DNA of 64,000 bases from Gemmatimonadota bacterium (GCA_036476995.1 JAZGCO010000100.1:16428-80427), one strand, 5' to 3'. Shown: positions 10,312-19,699, numbered from the stretch's first letter. Numbers and translations: made by a program. The notes: a model not told the origin generated them from the sequence alone.

Positions 10312-11666
10312 ACAACCGATTGGAATGGAAAGGCGGGCGGCTTTCCTTCCAGCGGCACATTCCGCTTCTCGCCCTGTTATCCGGCCTACCGGCCGTCGTT
10401 ATCGCCCTGGTGCTCATCTGGAACGGCGAGCTGGCAGGCCGAATTCAGACCACCCTCACGGTAGTCATCCTTGGAACCTGGGTCGGTCTACTGGCTGCTC
10501 TCCGCGACCGGCTCGTCCGGCCCTTGCATGCGGTCTCAAACCTGCTCGCGGCGCTGCGAGAGGGTGACTATTCGCTTCGAACGAGAGGCTCCCGGCCGGA
10601 TGATGCGCTCGGCCTGATCCTGACCGAAGTGAACGCGCTGGGACAGTCGTTTCACGACCAGCGTCTGGAAGCGCTGGAGGCGGAGAATCTTCTCGAGCGC
10701 CTGCTGACTGTAATCGATGTCGCCCTCTTCGCGTTCGACGATCACGATCAGCTCATCCTGGTCAACCCGGCCGGCGAACGGGTGCTCGGACAGACTAAGC
10801 TAGAGCTCGAAGGCCAGCACGCGGAAGATCTCCGGCTGGCCGATTGCCTCGCGGGCGATACACCGCGAGTCATGGAACTTGCGTTTGCCGAGGGGCTGCG
10901 CCGGTATGAACTCCGCCGCCGGTCGTTCCGGCAGAACGGGCGGCGTCACCGGCTGGTCGTCCTGGCGGACCTGAGCAAGATTCTTCGCGAAGAGGAACGT
11001 ATCGCCTGGCAGAGGCTGATTCGCGTGCTCAGCCATGAAATCAACAACTCACTGACCCCGATCAAGTCGATCGCCGACAGTCTCGACGGCTTGCTCGATC
11101 GGTTGCCGGCTGACGCGCCCCTGCGGGAAGACCTGCAGGAAGGTCTACAGGTCATTTCGGGCCGATCGGCATCCCTCGGCCGGTTCATGTCAAGGTATGC
11201 ACGGCTCGCGAGATTGCCGAGACCGGCGCTGGCCGATGTCGATGTCGATGCCTGGGTGCGGCGCGTGGCCGACCTGGAGACACGTAGGCCGGTCACCGTG
11301 GAGGGCGGGCCGCGTGTGACGATCAAGGCGGACGGGGACCAACTCGACCAGCTGTTGATCAACCTGCTCGACAACGCTCTAGACGCAGCCGATGTTACGG
11401 ATGGAACTGTATCGGTCTCCTGGCGGGCGGATTCCCACCAGATCCAGGTGGATGTTACCGACACCGGGCCTGGCCTGGCGGAGACGGCCAATCTCTTCGT
11501 GCCTTTCTATACGACGAAGCCGGAGGGATCCGGCATTGGCCTCGCGCTCAGTCGGCTGATCGTGGAGGCGCACGGAGGCGTCCTTTCGCTCACAAACCGC
11601 ACTGACGGTCCGGGCTGCGTCGCCAGGGTGCGCCTGCCGCGAACCCTGGAGTCAGCCCCAGAGTAG
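10308..11666 (+). CDS. Sensor histidine kinase (TM-HAMP-PAS-HisKA-HATPase)
   Basis: Two N-terminal transmembrane segments, H-box LSHEINNSLTPI, and ATPase G-boxes (DTGPGL, GSGIGLAL). GTG start overlaps the response-regulator stop codon. Confidence 0.85.
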   Translation: MNNRLEWKGGRLSFQRHIPLLALLSGLPAVVIALVLIWNGELAGRIQTTLTVVILGTWVGLLAALRDRLVRPLHAVSNLLAALREGDYSLRTRGSRPDDALGLILTEVNALGQSFHDQRLEALEAENLLERLLTVIDVALFAFDDHDQLILVNPAGERVLGQTKLELEGQHAEDLRLADCLAGDTPRVMELAFAEGLRRYELRRRSFRQNGRRHRLVVLADLSKILREEERIAWQRLIRVLSHEINNSLTPIKSIADSLDGLLDRLPADAPLREDLQEGLQVISGRSASLGRFMSRYARLARLPRPALADVDVDAWVRRVADLETRRPVTVEGGPRVTIKADGDQLDQLLINLLDNALDAADVTDGTVSVSWRADSHQIQVDVTDTGPGLAETANLFVPFYTTKPEGSGIGLALSRLIVEAHGGVLSLTNRTDGPGCVARVRLPRTLESAPE

Positions 11667-12428
11667 CTGGACGGTCGCCTCGAGGTTCGCCGCCACATGG
11701 TCTGGCTTAAGGTGAGCGTCGGCTCTGTCGAGTCGGCCTGCGTCGAATTTTCCTGTCTGCACCAACACGGTAATCATGCCGACCCCATTCCCACCCAAGA
11801 TGTCGCTCGCAAGATCGTCGCCCACCACCGCCAGCTCAGCCGGCTGGATGTTCAGACGCCGCGCGGCTGCCTGAAAGAAGGCGGGCGCCGGCTTGCCAGT
11901 TAGAACGGCCTGCGTTTCGGCCGCATACTCGAGTGCCGCGACGAAAGGGCCCGCGTCGAGCGTTGGTCCTTGCTCGGGGAGCCAGAAGCGATTCTTGTGC
12001 ACGGCTACGAGACGCGCTCCGCCTCTTAGGCTCGTGAACGCCGCGTTGAGCACTTCGAAGGTGAAGCCCGGTCCCATGTCACCGACCACAACGGCGTCGG
12101 GTGACCGGTCGGTAATCTCGAAGTCTTCGAAATCCTCCCAGGTGGACTTGCTCAACAGCGGATGCACCCGCTCCAGCGCCTCAGAAGCAAGCCACTCTGC
12201 CGTAGCGACCGGTGCCGTGTATACGTGGTCTACACTCACTTCGAGTCCCATGGCTGCCAGCGATCGAACTACGTCGGCCCGAGATTTGCGGCTGGTGTTC
12301 GTACTGAACAAATGCGGGATGCCTTGCTCACGTAGCTGCGACACCGCCTGCCGAGTACCCGGCAGCAGCTCCCGGCCCAGGTAGACAGTTCCGTCCAGAT
12401 CGATGAGTAGCCCACCAGGTGAGTTCAT
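11652..12428 (-). CDS. HAD-superfamily hydrolase, subfamily IIA (NagD-like)
   Basis: DLDGTVY motif I and a C-terminal GDDLASDILGG motif. Start set at the ATG giving MNSPGGLLIDLDGTV; the longer listed ORF extends over a non-coding-looking region. Confidence 0.7.
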   Translation of the reverse strand: MNSPGGLLIDLDGTVYLGRELLPGTRQAVSQLREQGIPHLFSTNTSRKSRADVVRSLAAMGLEVSVDHVYTAPVATAEWLASEALERVHPLLSKSTWEDFEDFEITDRSPDAVVVGDMGPGFTFEVLNAAFTSLRGGARLVAVHKNRFWLPEQGPTLDAGPFVAALEYAAETQAVLTGKPAPAFFQAAARRLNIQPAELAVVGDDLASDILGGNGVGMITVLVQTGKFDAGRLDRADAHLKPDHVAANLEATVQLLWG

Positions 12429-12529
12429 GTCCGCCCTTCCTGTCTTCACTTGCCGGCAACCGAAGCCGGAACGAGGTTCCTGCCTGCAAGCTAGAATCGA
12501 TATCCCTTCTGTCAAAATTCGGAGACTCC

Positions 12530-13783
12530 ATGCCCGAGCTTCGTCCGCTCGTTGGCCTGAGATACATGGATCCAGCCGGTTCGGCTGAGGAATTGCTGGC
12601 GCCGCCTTACGATGTGATTGATGAGGCGCAGGCGGCAGAACTGCGGAGCCGGAGTCCGTGGAACGCGGTGCGGCTCGTTCTTCCCGAAGGGGAGGGCGAA
12701 GCCCGCTACCAAAACGCATCCCGTCTGCTTCAGAAGTGGAAGCGGGAAGGTATCCTGGGCCGAGACCCGGAGGCGGTGTACGCCTGTCGGCAGACTTTTC
12801 CCTGGAATGGTGCTGAGGAGCCGGTAAGCCGAGTGGGCCTCTTCGCCGAGCTACGCCTGACACCTTTCGCGGACGGCGAGGTGCTCGCTCACGAGGAGAC
12901 GCAAGCAGGTCCCAAGAAGGATCGCCTCGCTCTTACGCTCGCGTGCCGGACTCAGCTCTCACCGGTATTCATGGTGGCGCGCGATCCTGACGGACGCCTG
13001 CAGCAGCTGCTCGGCCATGCTACAACGGGCCAGCCCGTGCTCGTAGCGGATATGGACGACGGAGTTCGCCACGAACTCTGGCGCATCGATGACCCCGATC
13101 TCCGGAACGCAGCGTGCGAGGCGGCCGCTGCGCAGTCTCTGATGGTTGCAGATGGACACCATCGCTATGAGACGGCGCTGGCTGCTTCTGAACTGCTAAG
13201 CGATCTGGTAAAGTCTCGTTATCTATTGACGTTTGTGGTTAGCGAGGCGGATCCCGGCCTCCGAATTCTCCCGACCCACCGGGTGCTGGCGGGCAGTTCC
13301 GAGGGCGTCCTCCAATCCAGCTGGAGTGAGAGTCTCGGGTCTGACTTCTCCGTAGAAATGATTGACAGCTCCGGAGCGGCTGAGACCAGTTTCCTTCCGG
13401 AGGCAGAGGAAATTATCGTACATGTTCCGGGACAGGAGACATTTAGGATCAGGGCCACAGCAGAAGCCTGTGAGCGCGTGGAGCTTACGCCGGTGACGCG
13501 CCGAATCGCCGCGGCCGTCTTCGACCGGCTGGTGTTGCGGCCTCGTCTCGGGATAACGGCCGACGAAGCAGCCAGCCGGTCGCTCCTTTCCTATCATAGA
13601 CTGGCCGAGGATGCAGCCCGGGAGGCGGCAAGAGTTTACGGCGGAGCCGCATTCATTTTGCCGCCTGTTTCCCTGGACGATGTGTGGGCGGAGGCAGAGG
13701 CGGGCCGACGGATGCCCCCAAAGACCACGTATTTCGAGCCGAAGGTGCCTTCCGGCCTACTGTTTCGGCCTCTTGAAGAGTAG
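12530..13783 (+). CDS. DUF1015 family protein
   Basis: N-terminus MPELRPLVGLRY...APPYDVI and a DGHHR motif, both typical of DUF1015. Confidence 0.6.
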   Translation: MPELRPLVGLRYMDPAGSAEELLAPPYDVIDEAQAAELRSRSPWNAVRLVLPEGEGEARYQNASRLLQKWKREGILGRDPEAVYACRQTFPWNGAEEPVSRVGLFAELRLTPFADGEVLAHEETQAGPKKDRLALTLACRTQLSPVFMVARDPDGRLQQLLGHATTGQPVLVADMDDGVRHELWRIDDPDLRNAACEAAAAQSLMVADGHHRYETALAASELLSDLVKSRYLLTFVVSEADPGLRILPTHRVLAGSSEGVLQSSWSESLGSDFSVEMIDSSGAAETSFLPEAEEIIVHVPGQETFRIRATAEACERVELTPVTRRIAAAVFDRLVLRPRLGITADEAASRSLLSYHRLAEDAAREAARVYGGAAFILPPVSLDDVWAEAEAGRRMPPKTTYFEPKVPSGLLFRPLEE

Positions 13784-13786
13784 GAA

Positions 13787-14644
13787 ATGGAATCGCAGCG
13801 CACGATCCACGTAGCCCATAGTCCGGACTCGGATGACGCGTTCATGTTCTACGCCCTGGCCGAAGGCATCATCGATACGGGAGATCTTCGGTTCGTTCAC
13901 GAGCTGGAGGGAATCCAGTCACTCAATGAGCGGGCCATGAAAGGCGAACTCGAGGTTAGCGCGGTCTCGATTCATGCGTACGCCTACCTGACTGACCGTT
14001 ACCTGCTGCTGCCGCACGGAGCCAGCATGGGAGAGCGGTACGGGCCACGCCTCGTCAGTCGCAGCGCGCTCGATCTGTCGGAGGTGAAGAAGTCCGTAGT
14101 AGCGGTGCCCGGCAAGCTGACGTCAGCCTACCTCGGCCTCAAACTGTGGGCTCCCGAGATTCGGACCGTCGATGTTCCGTTTGATGAGATTCAGGAGGGC
14201 GTGGCGGCTGGAGCATACGACGTGGGCCTGATCATTCATGAAGGGCAGCTAACGTACGGCGATAGCGGACTTCATATGCTCCTCGACCTGGGTGAGTGGT
14301 GGCATGAAGAGACCGGTCTTCCGTTACCCCTGGGCGGCAATGTGATACGACGCGACCTGGGCGACGAACTCATTCAAAGGGTTTCGAGACTGTTGTTCGA
14401 GAGCATTCGGTACTCGCTCGAGCATCGGGAGGCCGGAATGAACTATGCGATGCAGTTCGCGCGCGGCCTGGAGCCGCAGGTGGCGGACGAGTTCGTGGGC
14501 ATGTATGTCAATCAACGCACGCTCGACTATGGTGCCGATGGGCGGGCCGCGGTCAGCCTATTCCTGGAGAAAGGGTTTGAGGCGGGCATCTTTCCGGGTC
14601 CGGTCCACGTCGAGTTCGCTGAGATGGCCCATGCCAGCTCTTAG
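13787..14644 (+). CDS. Menaquinone (futalosine pathway) MqnA/MqnD family protein
   Basis: HSPDSDDAFMFYAL resembles the SPCPNDTFIFYAL motif of the PF02621 family. The MqnA versus MqnD subfamily is not resolved. Confidence 0.5.
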   Translation: MESQRTIHVAHSPDSDDAFMFYALAEGIIDTGDLRFVHELEGIQSLNERAMKGELEVSAVSIHAYAYLTDRYLLLPHGASMGERYGPRLVSRSALDLSEVKKSVVAVPGKLTSAYLGLKLWAPEIRTVDVPFDEIQEGVAAGAYDVGLIIHEGQLTYGDSGLHMLLDLGEWWHEETGLPLPLGGNVIRRDLGDELIQRVSRLLFESIRYSLEHREAGMNYAMQFARGLEPQVADEFVGMYVNQRTLDYGADGRAAVSLFLEKGFEAGIFPGPVHVEFAEMAHASS

Positions 14645-15096
14645 GTGAAGCCGTCGAGCGACATCACACTCATCCCGGCGATTCTCCGCAGCCCCGAGTG
14701 CGGCGTAAGGTATGCGTTGGCCTCTGAGACGAGAGCTGTAGCGATCTGGATAGCCCGCTCTGTGCGCCCTCCGAGCTGTGCCCGCACCTGAGCCGACTGG
14801 GTCGCGATCAGAAAGGAAACCGGCACTATCTCGAGACCCGGCAGGGCCGAAATATGGGCGCAGGCCTTCAGTGCGAGCGCATCGTCGCCTCTTCGGTATG
14901 GTTCAACACCGATCTGAAAGATGCTGATCACGGATGTCTGAGCCGTACAGGCTCCCGTGCGCAGGCTCGAGAACAGGAGACGCGTGAGATCCAGGTACGA
15001 GGAGTCACCTAGCAGGTGGAGCGCCAAGACCCCGGCATCGACATGAATGCGGCCCGCCTCTGAAAGTTGCGAGACGAAACGGCTGTGACTACTCAA
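14641..15096 (-). CDS. Putative PIN-domain toxin (VapC-like)
   Basis: Immediately downstream of the AbrB-type antitoxin and overlapping it. Candidate N-terminal beta-strand with Asp (IHVDAGVLAL) and spaced acidic residues. Start is uncertain (TTG proposed). Confidence 0.4.
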   Translation of the reverse strand: MSSHSRFVSQLSEAGRIHVDAGVLALHLLGDSSYLDLTRLLFSSLRTGACTAQTSVISIFQIGVEPYRRGDDALALKACAHISALPGLEIVPVSFLIATQSAQVRAQLGGRTERAIQIATALVSEANAYLTPHSGLRRIAGMSVMSLDGFT

Positions 15097-15316
15097 CTCC
15101 CAGCTCCTCCCACAGAGTGGGCTCGGTCCCGCCGACCGAGCTGAGCATTCCCTCCATTTCCGCAGCCACGTCCACTGGTTCCGACTGCATCTCGACACCG
15201 CCGTCCGGACGGACGATGATCAGCAGGCGGCTTCCGGCCCGAAGCCCCAGAGCCCGCCGGGCCTCCTTCGGAACCACGATCTGATTCTTGCTGCTGAGCT
15301 TCACGGAGCTCGCCAT
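15089..15316 (-). CDS. AbrB/MazE/SpoVT-family antitoxin (VapB-like)
   Basis: SSKNQIVVPKEARRALGL is a swapped-hairpin AbrB-type motif. 75 aa. Confidence 0.6.
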   Translation of the reverse strand: MASSVKLSSKNQIVVPKEARRALGLRAGSRLLIIVRPDGGVEMQSEPVDVAAEMEGMLSSVGGTEPTLWEELGVE

Positions 15317-15418
15317 AAACTACCCCTCTCCCTCTATACAGGGCTAACGGTGCCAGCTTTACGTTCTTACTTTACAGTGGAAGGCGGGTGGTCGAAAGGA
15401 GGGGCCAGACCGGGCGGG

Positions 15419-16480
15419 TCAGACGAGCCAGACCACAAACAGTCCGTAGGCAGTGAGAAGCAGCACTCCCTCCGCACGTGTGATGCGCGAGCCGGAGTAC
15501 GCGATCGGGAGCAGCGCCACACTGAATATCAGGGCCGGGATTACCTCGCGCCCGACAGTGATCGGAGAAAGGGGCAGAGGCTTGATCATCGCTGCGCCGC
15601 CCAGAACGAGTCCAAGATTGAAGATGTTCGAACCGATTACGTTTCCCACCGCAATGTCCCCGAGCCTGCGAACAGCGGCCGCCACGGTCGAGGCGAGCTC
15701 GGGAATCGAGGTCCCAACGGCCACGACGGTAGCTCCGATGATCTCTTCTGAGACGTTGTAGTGCCGTGCGCCCGCAACAGCCGCTTGGACCAGCCACTGC
15801 GCCCCAATCAAGAGGAGGGCAAGGCCGGCCACGATGCGTGGAACCGGCGGGATCTTCCAGCGGCGCAAGGCGGAGGGCAGGGGAGTGTGGTCCGGTAATC
15901 CTTGTGGTTCGGACACGGTAGCGGAGGCCTCTTCCGCGGAGGCCTCCTCTTTCGTCGCACTTCGACTCAGTCGGTTTTCATCTTTCATGCCCCAGCGTAT
16001 CAGGCTGGCCAGGTATATGGCGAAACCCGTCATGAGGGCCAAGCCTTCCAGCCTGCCCAGCATTTCGTTCCACGAGAGAAGCACCACGATGGCAAGGACG
16101 AAAATCAGCAGTGGCCCCTCACGCTCAATCAGGCGGCGGTGAACCGTGATGGGTCTGATGAGAGCGGCGATACCAACGATCAGGCCGACGTTCGCGATTG
16201 TGGAACCCATCACGTTTCCTACGGCCAGGCCCTCCCGGTTCTGGAGCACCGCGGTGAAGGACACGACGAGTTCCGGAGCCGATGTTCCGAACGCGACCAC
16301 CGTGAGACCCAGCAGGAGGGGATTGACCCCACGCTTTTCGGCCAGGCTGGATGTGCCGGTGACGAGCCAGTCAGCCCCAATGGCGAGCGAGACGAGACCG
16401 AGAATGAACAGGCCTAGCTGGATGATCACAACCCGGCCGCGTCTCCCGTGCAGTGTGGATAACCCGCCCTCAGCTCCCAC
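15419..16480 (-). CDS. Ca2+/cation antiporter (CaCA family, YrbG-like)
   Basis: Two alpha-repeats with GTSxPE motifs (GTSAPELVVS, GTSIPELAST), about 10 transmembrane segments and an acidic central loop. GTG start. Confidence 0.85.
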   Translation of the reverse strand: MGAEGGLSTLHGRRGRVVIIQLGLFILGLVSLAIGADWLVTGTSSLAEKRGVNPLLLGLTVVAFGTSAPELVVSFTAVLQNREGLAVGNVMGSTIANVGLIVGIAALIRPITVHRRLIEREGPLLIFVLAIVVLLSWNEMLGRLEGLALMTGFAIYLASLIRWGMKDENRLSRSATKEEASAEEASATVSEPQGLPDHTPLPSALRRWKIPPVPRIVAGLALLLIGAQWLVQAAVAGARHYNVSEEIIGATVVAVGTSIPELASTVAAAVRRLGDIAVGNVIGSNIFNLGLVLGGAAMIKPLPLSPITVGREVIPALIFSVALLPIAYSGSRITRAEGVLLLTAYGLFVVWLV

Positions 16481-16565
16481 ACGCCCAATCGCATGTGGAC
16501 AGCCGTGGACAATCTAGTCGTCCATATCATCTCATCTGTAACTACATACGAAATCTAGAGATGTA

Positions 16566-17069
16566 CTATCCTGTCAGTTTTTCAGCCTTCGCGGGAAGCT
16601 CTGCCGGCATCGGTTTGTCCCCAGTGGGGAAATCAGCATCAACTCTCTCGCTATCGACTTTCCGCTTGGACTTTGGCTCGCCCATGTGGAGGCTACCATC
16701 GACCTGCCCACCTTCATCCAGTTTCACGCGACGGCTCCTGATGTCGCCTTCCACTCTGCAGGTGGCCTGAAGTTCTACACGGCTGTCCGCTGACACACTG
16801 CCTTGTACCCTGCCAGCCACAATGCAATCTTGCGTCTCAATATCGCCGACCACGATGCCTTCCTGGCCGACAACAACGCTCTTGCCAGCTCGAATGGATC
16901 CCTCCACTCGACCTTCCACGCGGATCGTGCCGTCGCTCGAGCAGTCGCCGACGATCTTCATACCGGGCCCGACGATCGATACGAAATCGCCCGCGTCCCG
17001 CAACCCATTCTCGCTTCGAGGCTTCATCTCCACAGCTGCCTTTCTCCTGATTTCACCCTGCCTGTCCAT
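16566..17069 (-). CDS. Bactofilin (DUF583 polymer-forming cytoskeletal protein)
   Basis: Repetitive beta-helical bactofilin pattern (VxGxVxG repeats) with a charged C-terminal tail. Confidence 0.8.
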   Translation of the reverse strand: MDRQGEIRRKAAVEMKPRSENGLRDAGDFVSIVGPGMKIVGDCSSDGTIRVEGRVEGSIRAGKSVVVGQEGIVVGDIETQDCIVAGRVQGSVSADSRVELQATCRVEGDIRSRRVKLDEGGQVDGSLHMGEPKSKRKVDSERVDADFPTGDKPMPAELPAKAEKLTG

Positions 17070-17084
17070 CCGTGCTTGGCGCGC

Positions 17085-17858
17085 TCAGCCGCCGCTCACG
17101 AACCCAAGGGGATCCAAAGGCTCCCCATCTCGCTCGACTTCCAAGTGCAAATGCGGTGCCGTCGATCGACCCGTGTTTCCGGTCAAGGCGATGACCTCTC
17201 CCCGTTGTACAGAGTCGCCAGAAGTGACGAACAACCAAGAATTATGCGCGTACAGCGTCGACAGACCATCCGCGTGCGCAATCCTCACGTATTTCCCGTA
17301 GGATTCCTCTTCTTCTGCAGCCTCGACGACTCCAGCTCCTGAAGCCCGTACATAGGAACCGATCGGCACCGCGATGTCGAGTCCCACATGTCCCTCGAAC
17401 GGAGCCGACAACGTGTCACCGAAGGAGCGGGTAACAAATCCCTGCGCCACTAGTGGCCACAGGGAAGGAATGGTCGTCTGCTCTGATGAGCCAGCGGCAC
17501 CGCCACCCGGCATTACTTCCGGAAGCGTAACGTCCCGTTGACCCGGTGCCAACTCGCCGCCCATCACCCGGCGCACCTGGGAATACTCAGCCTCCAACCG
17601 CGCGAGCTGGTCTGAGAGGACGGCGATCTTCGAGTTCTCGCGTGCCAGGGACACGATTCTCTCTCGCTGTGACGCGACCAGGTCGGCCCGCGAGAAGCGG
17701 CCCAGCCAAATTCCGAACGTAACGAACGCCGCGATTACAACAAGTACTGCCCCGGCGACGAAGAGTGTCTGCCTGCGTTCCCCGAGTTCGAATCTGTGGG
17801 AGCGGGTGGCGCCCCCTCGAATCACCAGGATCGTGAACCGGCTTCTCTGAGTCGCCAT
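17085..17858 (-). CDS. M23 family metallopeptidase (LytM domain) with N-terminal TM and coiled coil
   Basis: HxGxD motif (HVGLDIA) and the HxH region (GNTGRSTAPHLHLEV). Confidence 0.85.
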   Translation of the reverse strand: MATQRSRFTILVIRGGATRSHRFELGERRQTLFVAGAVLVVIAAFVTFGIWLGRFSRADLVASQRERIVSLARENSKIAVLSDQLARLEAEYSQVRRVMGGELAPGQRDVTLPEVMPGGGAAGSSEQTTIPSLWPLVAQGFVTRSFGDTLSAPFEGHVGLDIAVPIGSYVRASGAGVVEAAEEEESYGKYVRIAHADGLSTLYAHNSWLFVTSGDSVQRGEVIALTGNTGRSTAPHLHLEVERDGEPLDPLGFVSGG

Positions 17859-17864
17859 GTAAGT

Positions 17865-18791
17865 CTAGGTGAACAGGTCGGTTCGGGCCTGCGGGACCAG
17901 CTTCGTCACCAGACGCTCAAAATCCGAAGAGTCGTGGAAGGCGAGCCGAATCTCGCCCGAGGTCGCCGTGCTGAGCCGTACGGCCACCCGGGTGCCGAGC
18001 TCTCGGGCCAGCAATGTCTCCGCTCGCCTGGCTACTGGATCCTGCTTCACCGGGCTGCGAGGCCGCTTCTTTCCGGCGCCGGCGCCAAAGTTTCGCGCCT
18101 GGTTCTCGGCCTGTCGGACGGACAGCCGCTTCGCGACGATCTTCCGGGCCAGCTCGAGTTGATCCTTCCGAGCCTCTACGCTTAGGATCGCCCGTGCATG
18201 ACCCGCCGTGATTTTCTCCGCAGCCAGAAGCTTTCGGATAGCCTCGGGGAGGCCCAGTAGTCGCAGCGAATTGGCTACGGCGGGCCGGCTTTTGCCTACC
18301 CGTTCGGCCACCTGCTGCTGTGAGAACCCGAAGGTCTCAACGAGCGTTTGGTAGGCCATCGCTTCATCCAGCGCGCCCAGTGACTCTCGCTGGAGATTCT
18401 CGACGAGCGCGCTCAGGAGCATTTGCTCGTCCGAGAACTCGCGTACGACGGCGGGGGCCGCCTCCCAGCGGAGACGCTGAAGGGCGCGAAAACGCCTCTC
18501 GCCAGCTACGATCTCCCATTCGTCACCCGCAGCCCGGACCACGAGGGGCTGTAGTAAGCCGTTGTGCTTGATCGACTGCTGCAACTCCTCCAGCGACTCG
18601 GACTGAAACGCTGACCGCGGCTGAAACGGATTCGGGCGAAGGCGCTTCAGGGGTATCTGGCGAACCGACCCGGCATCCGGAGCAGGCTCGTCCATGTAGT
18701 CACCCAGGAGCGCACCGAGACCCTTGCCGAGGCGGGTACGGTGGTTGTCAACCAACTTTGGCTCTCCTGTAGTCCTTGCGAACGATCTCAC
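17865..18791 (-). CDS. parB: Chromosome partitioning protein ParB
   Basis: ParB box (GERRFRA), an HTH, and the N-terminal GKGLGALL motif. Start is GTG at 18791, or TTG at 18755 overlapping the parA stop. Confidence 0.9.
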   Translation of the reverse strand: MRSFARTTGEPKLVDNHRTRLGKGLGALLGDYMDEPAPDAGSVRQIPLKRLRPNPFQPRSAFQSESLEELQQSIKHNGLLQPLVVRAAGDEWEIVAGERRFRALQRLRWEAAPAVVREFSDEQMLLSALVENLQRESLGALDEAMAYQTLVETFGFSQQQVAERVGKSRPAVANSLRLLGLPEAIRKLLAAEKITAGHARAILSVEARKDQLELARKIVAKRLSVRQAENQARNFGAGAGKKRPRSPVKQDPVARRAETLLARELGTRVAVRLSTATSGEIRLAFHDSSDFERLVTKLVPQARTDLFT

Positions 18792-19533
18792 CAGCCAGAC
18801 TCAAATAGCCTCGCGCACCGGTCGACAGCACGTCGTACACAGCAATTGGCTCCCCGAAACTCGGAGCCTCTGCAAGACGGACGTTTCGCGGAATATACGT
18901 GCGAAAAACGCGGGTACCGAAGTATTCCTTCACATCCCCCGCGACCTGCTTGGACAGGTTCAGCCTGGAGTCGAACATCGTGAGCAGTACGCCCTCGATA
19001 TCGAGCTCGGGGTTCAGGCCCCGTTGAACGATTCGAACCGTGTTCAGGAGCTGACTAAGGCCCTCCAGCGCATAGAACTCACACTGAATCGGGATGAGAA
19101 CAGTGTCGGCTGCGACGAGGGTGTTGAGTGTCAGCAGGCCCAGTGATGGCGGACAGTCGATGAGAATGTACTCGTAGCGATCCCGAATGGAGGCGATAAC
19201 ATTCTTCAGCACTCGCTCTCGGTTCGGCCATTCGATCAACTCTACTTCAGCGCCGGTTAGATCTCGGTTGGCGGGAATCGCGTCTAAGTGCGGGAGGTGA
19301 ACCCCCTCGTAGATGGCGTCTTGGGCTGGCCTACGGTTTACCAGACAGTCATAAACGGAGGGCCTGCCTCCCCCTTTCGAAATCCCCAGCCCGCTTGTGA
19401 GGTTGCCTTGCGGATCACAATCGATCACCAACGTTTTTTTTTCGTGGACGGCCAGCGAGGCTCCGAGGTTGATGGCAGTCGTTGTTTTTCCGACCCCACC
19501 CTTCTGGTTGGCAATTGAGATTACCCGAGCCAT
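18748..19533 (-). CDS. parA: Chromosome partitioning ATPase ParA (Soj)
   Basis: Deviant Walker A motif KGGVGKTT. Confidence 0.95.
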   Translation of the reverse strand: MARVISIANQKGGVGKTTTAINLGASLAVHEKKTLVIDCDPQGNLTSGLGISKGGGRPSVYDCLVNRRPAQDAIYEGVHLPHLDAIPANRDLTGAEVELIEWPNRERVLKNVIASIRDRYEYILIDCPPSLGLLTLNTLVAADTVLIPIQCEFYALEGLSQLLNTVRIVQRGLNPELDIEGVLLTMFDSRLNLSKQVAGDVKEYFGTRVFRTYIPRNVRLAEAPSFGEPIAVYDVLSTGARGYLSLAGEIVRKDYRRAKVG

Positions 19534-19699
19534 CTACCTCTAACCGATTGTCTGATACTAGTTTATGATATTCGCTACGTCCAGCAGCAGCTGGGTGCAC
19601 GCCTTGGTTCCGGGTAGCCCCTGCCTGGCCATCCGGCCAGGCAGGGGCTCGGCGACCGCAATATGGCTGCGCCTGAATAGAGCCGCAATATTTTACGAA

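Noticed and set aside
15350-16517. Several plus-strand ORFs of 100-170 aa.
   Set aside because: They are antisense to the CaCA antiporter gene, which has unmistakable GTSxPE alpha-repeats. No coding signatures.
19613-19651. Perfect 13-bp inverted repeat, cccctgcctggcc-atcc-ggccaggcagggg, between mnmG and parA.
   Set aside because: It was considered as an intrinsic terminator for mnmG. No T/U tract follows on either strand. It may be a protein-binding palindrome or REP-like hairpin, but the evidence is too weak for a regulatory call.
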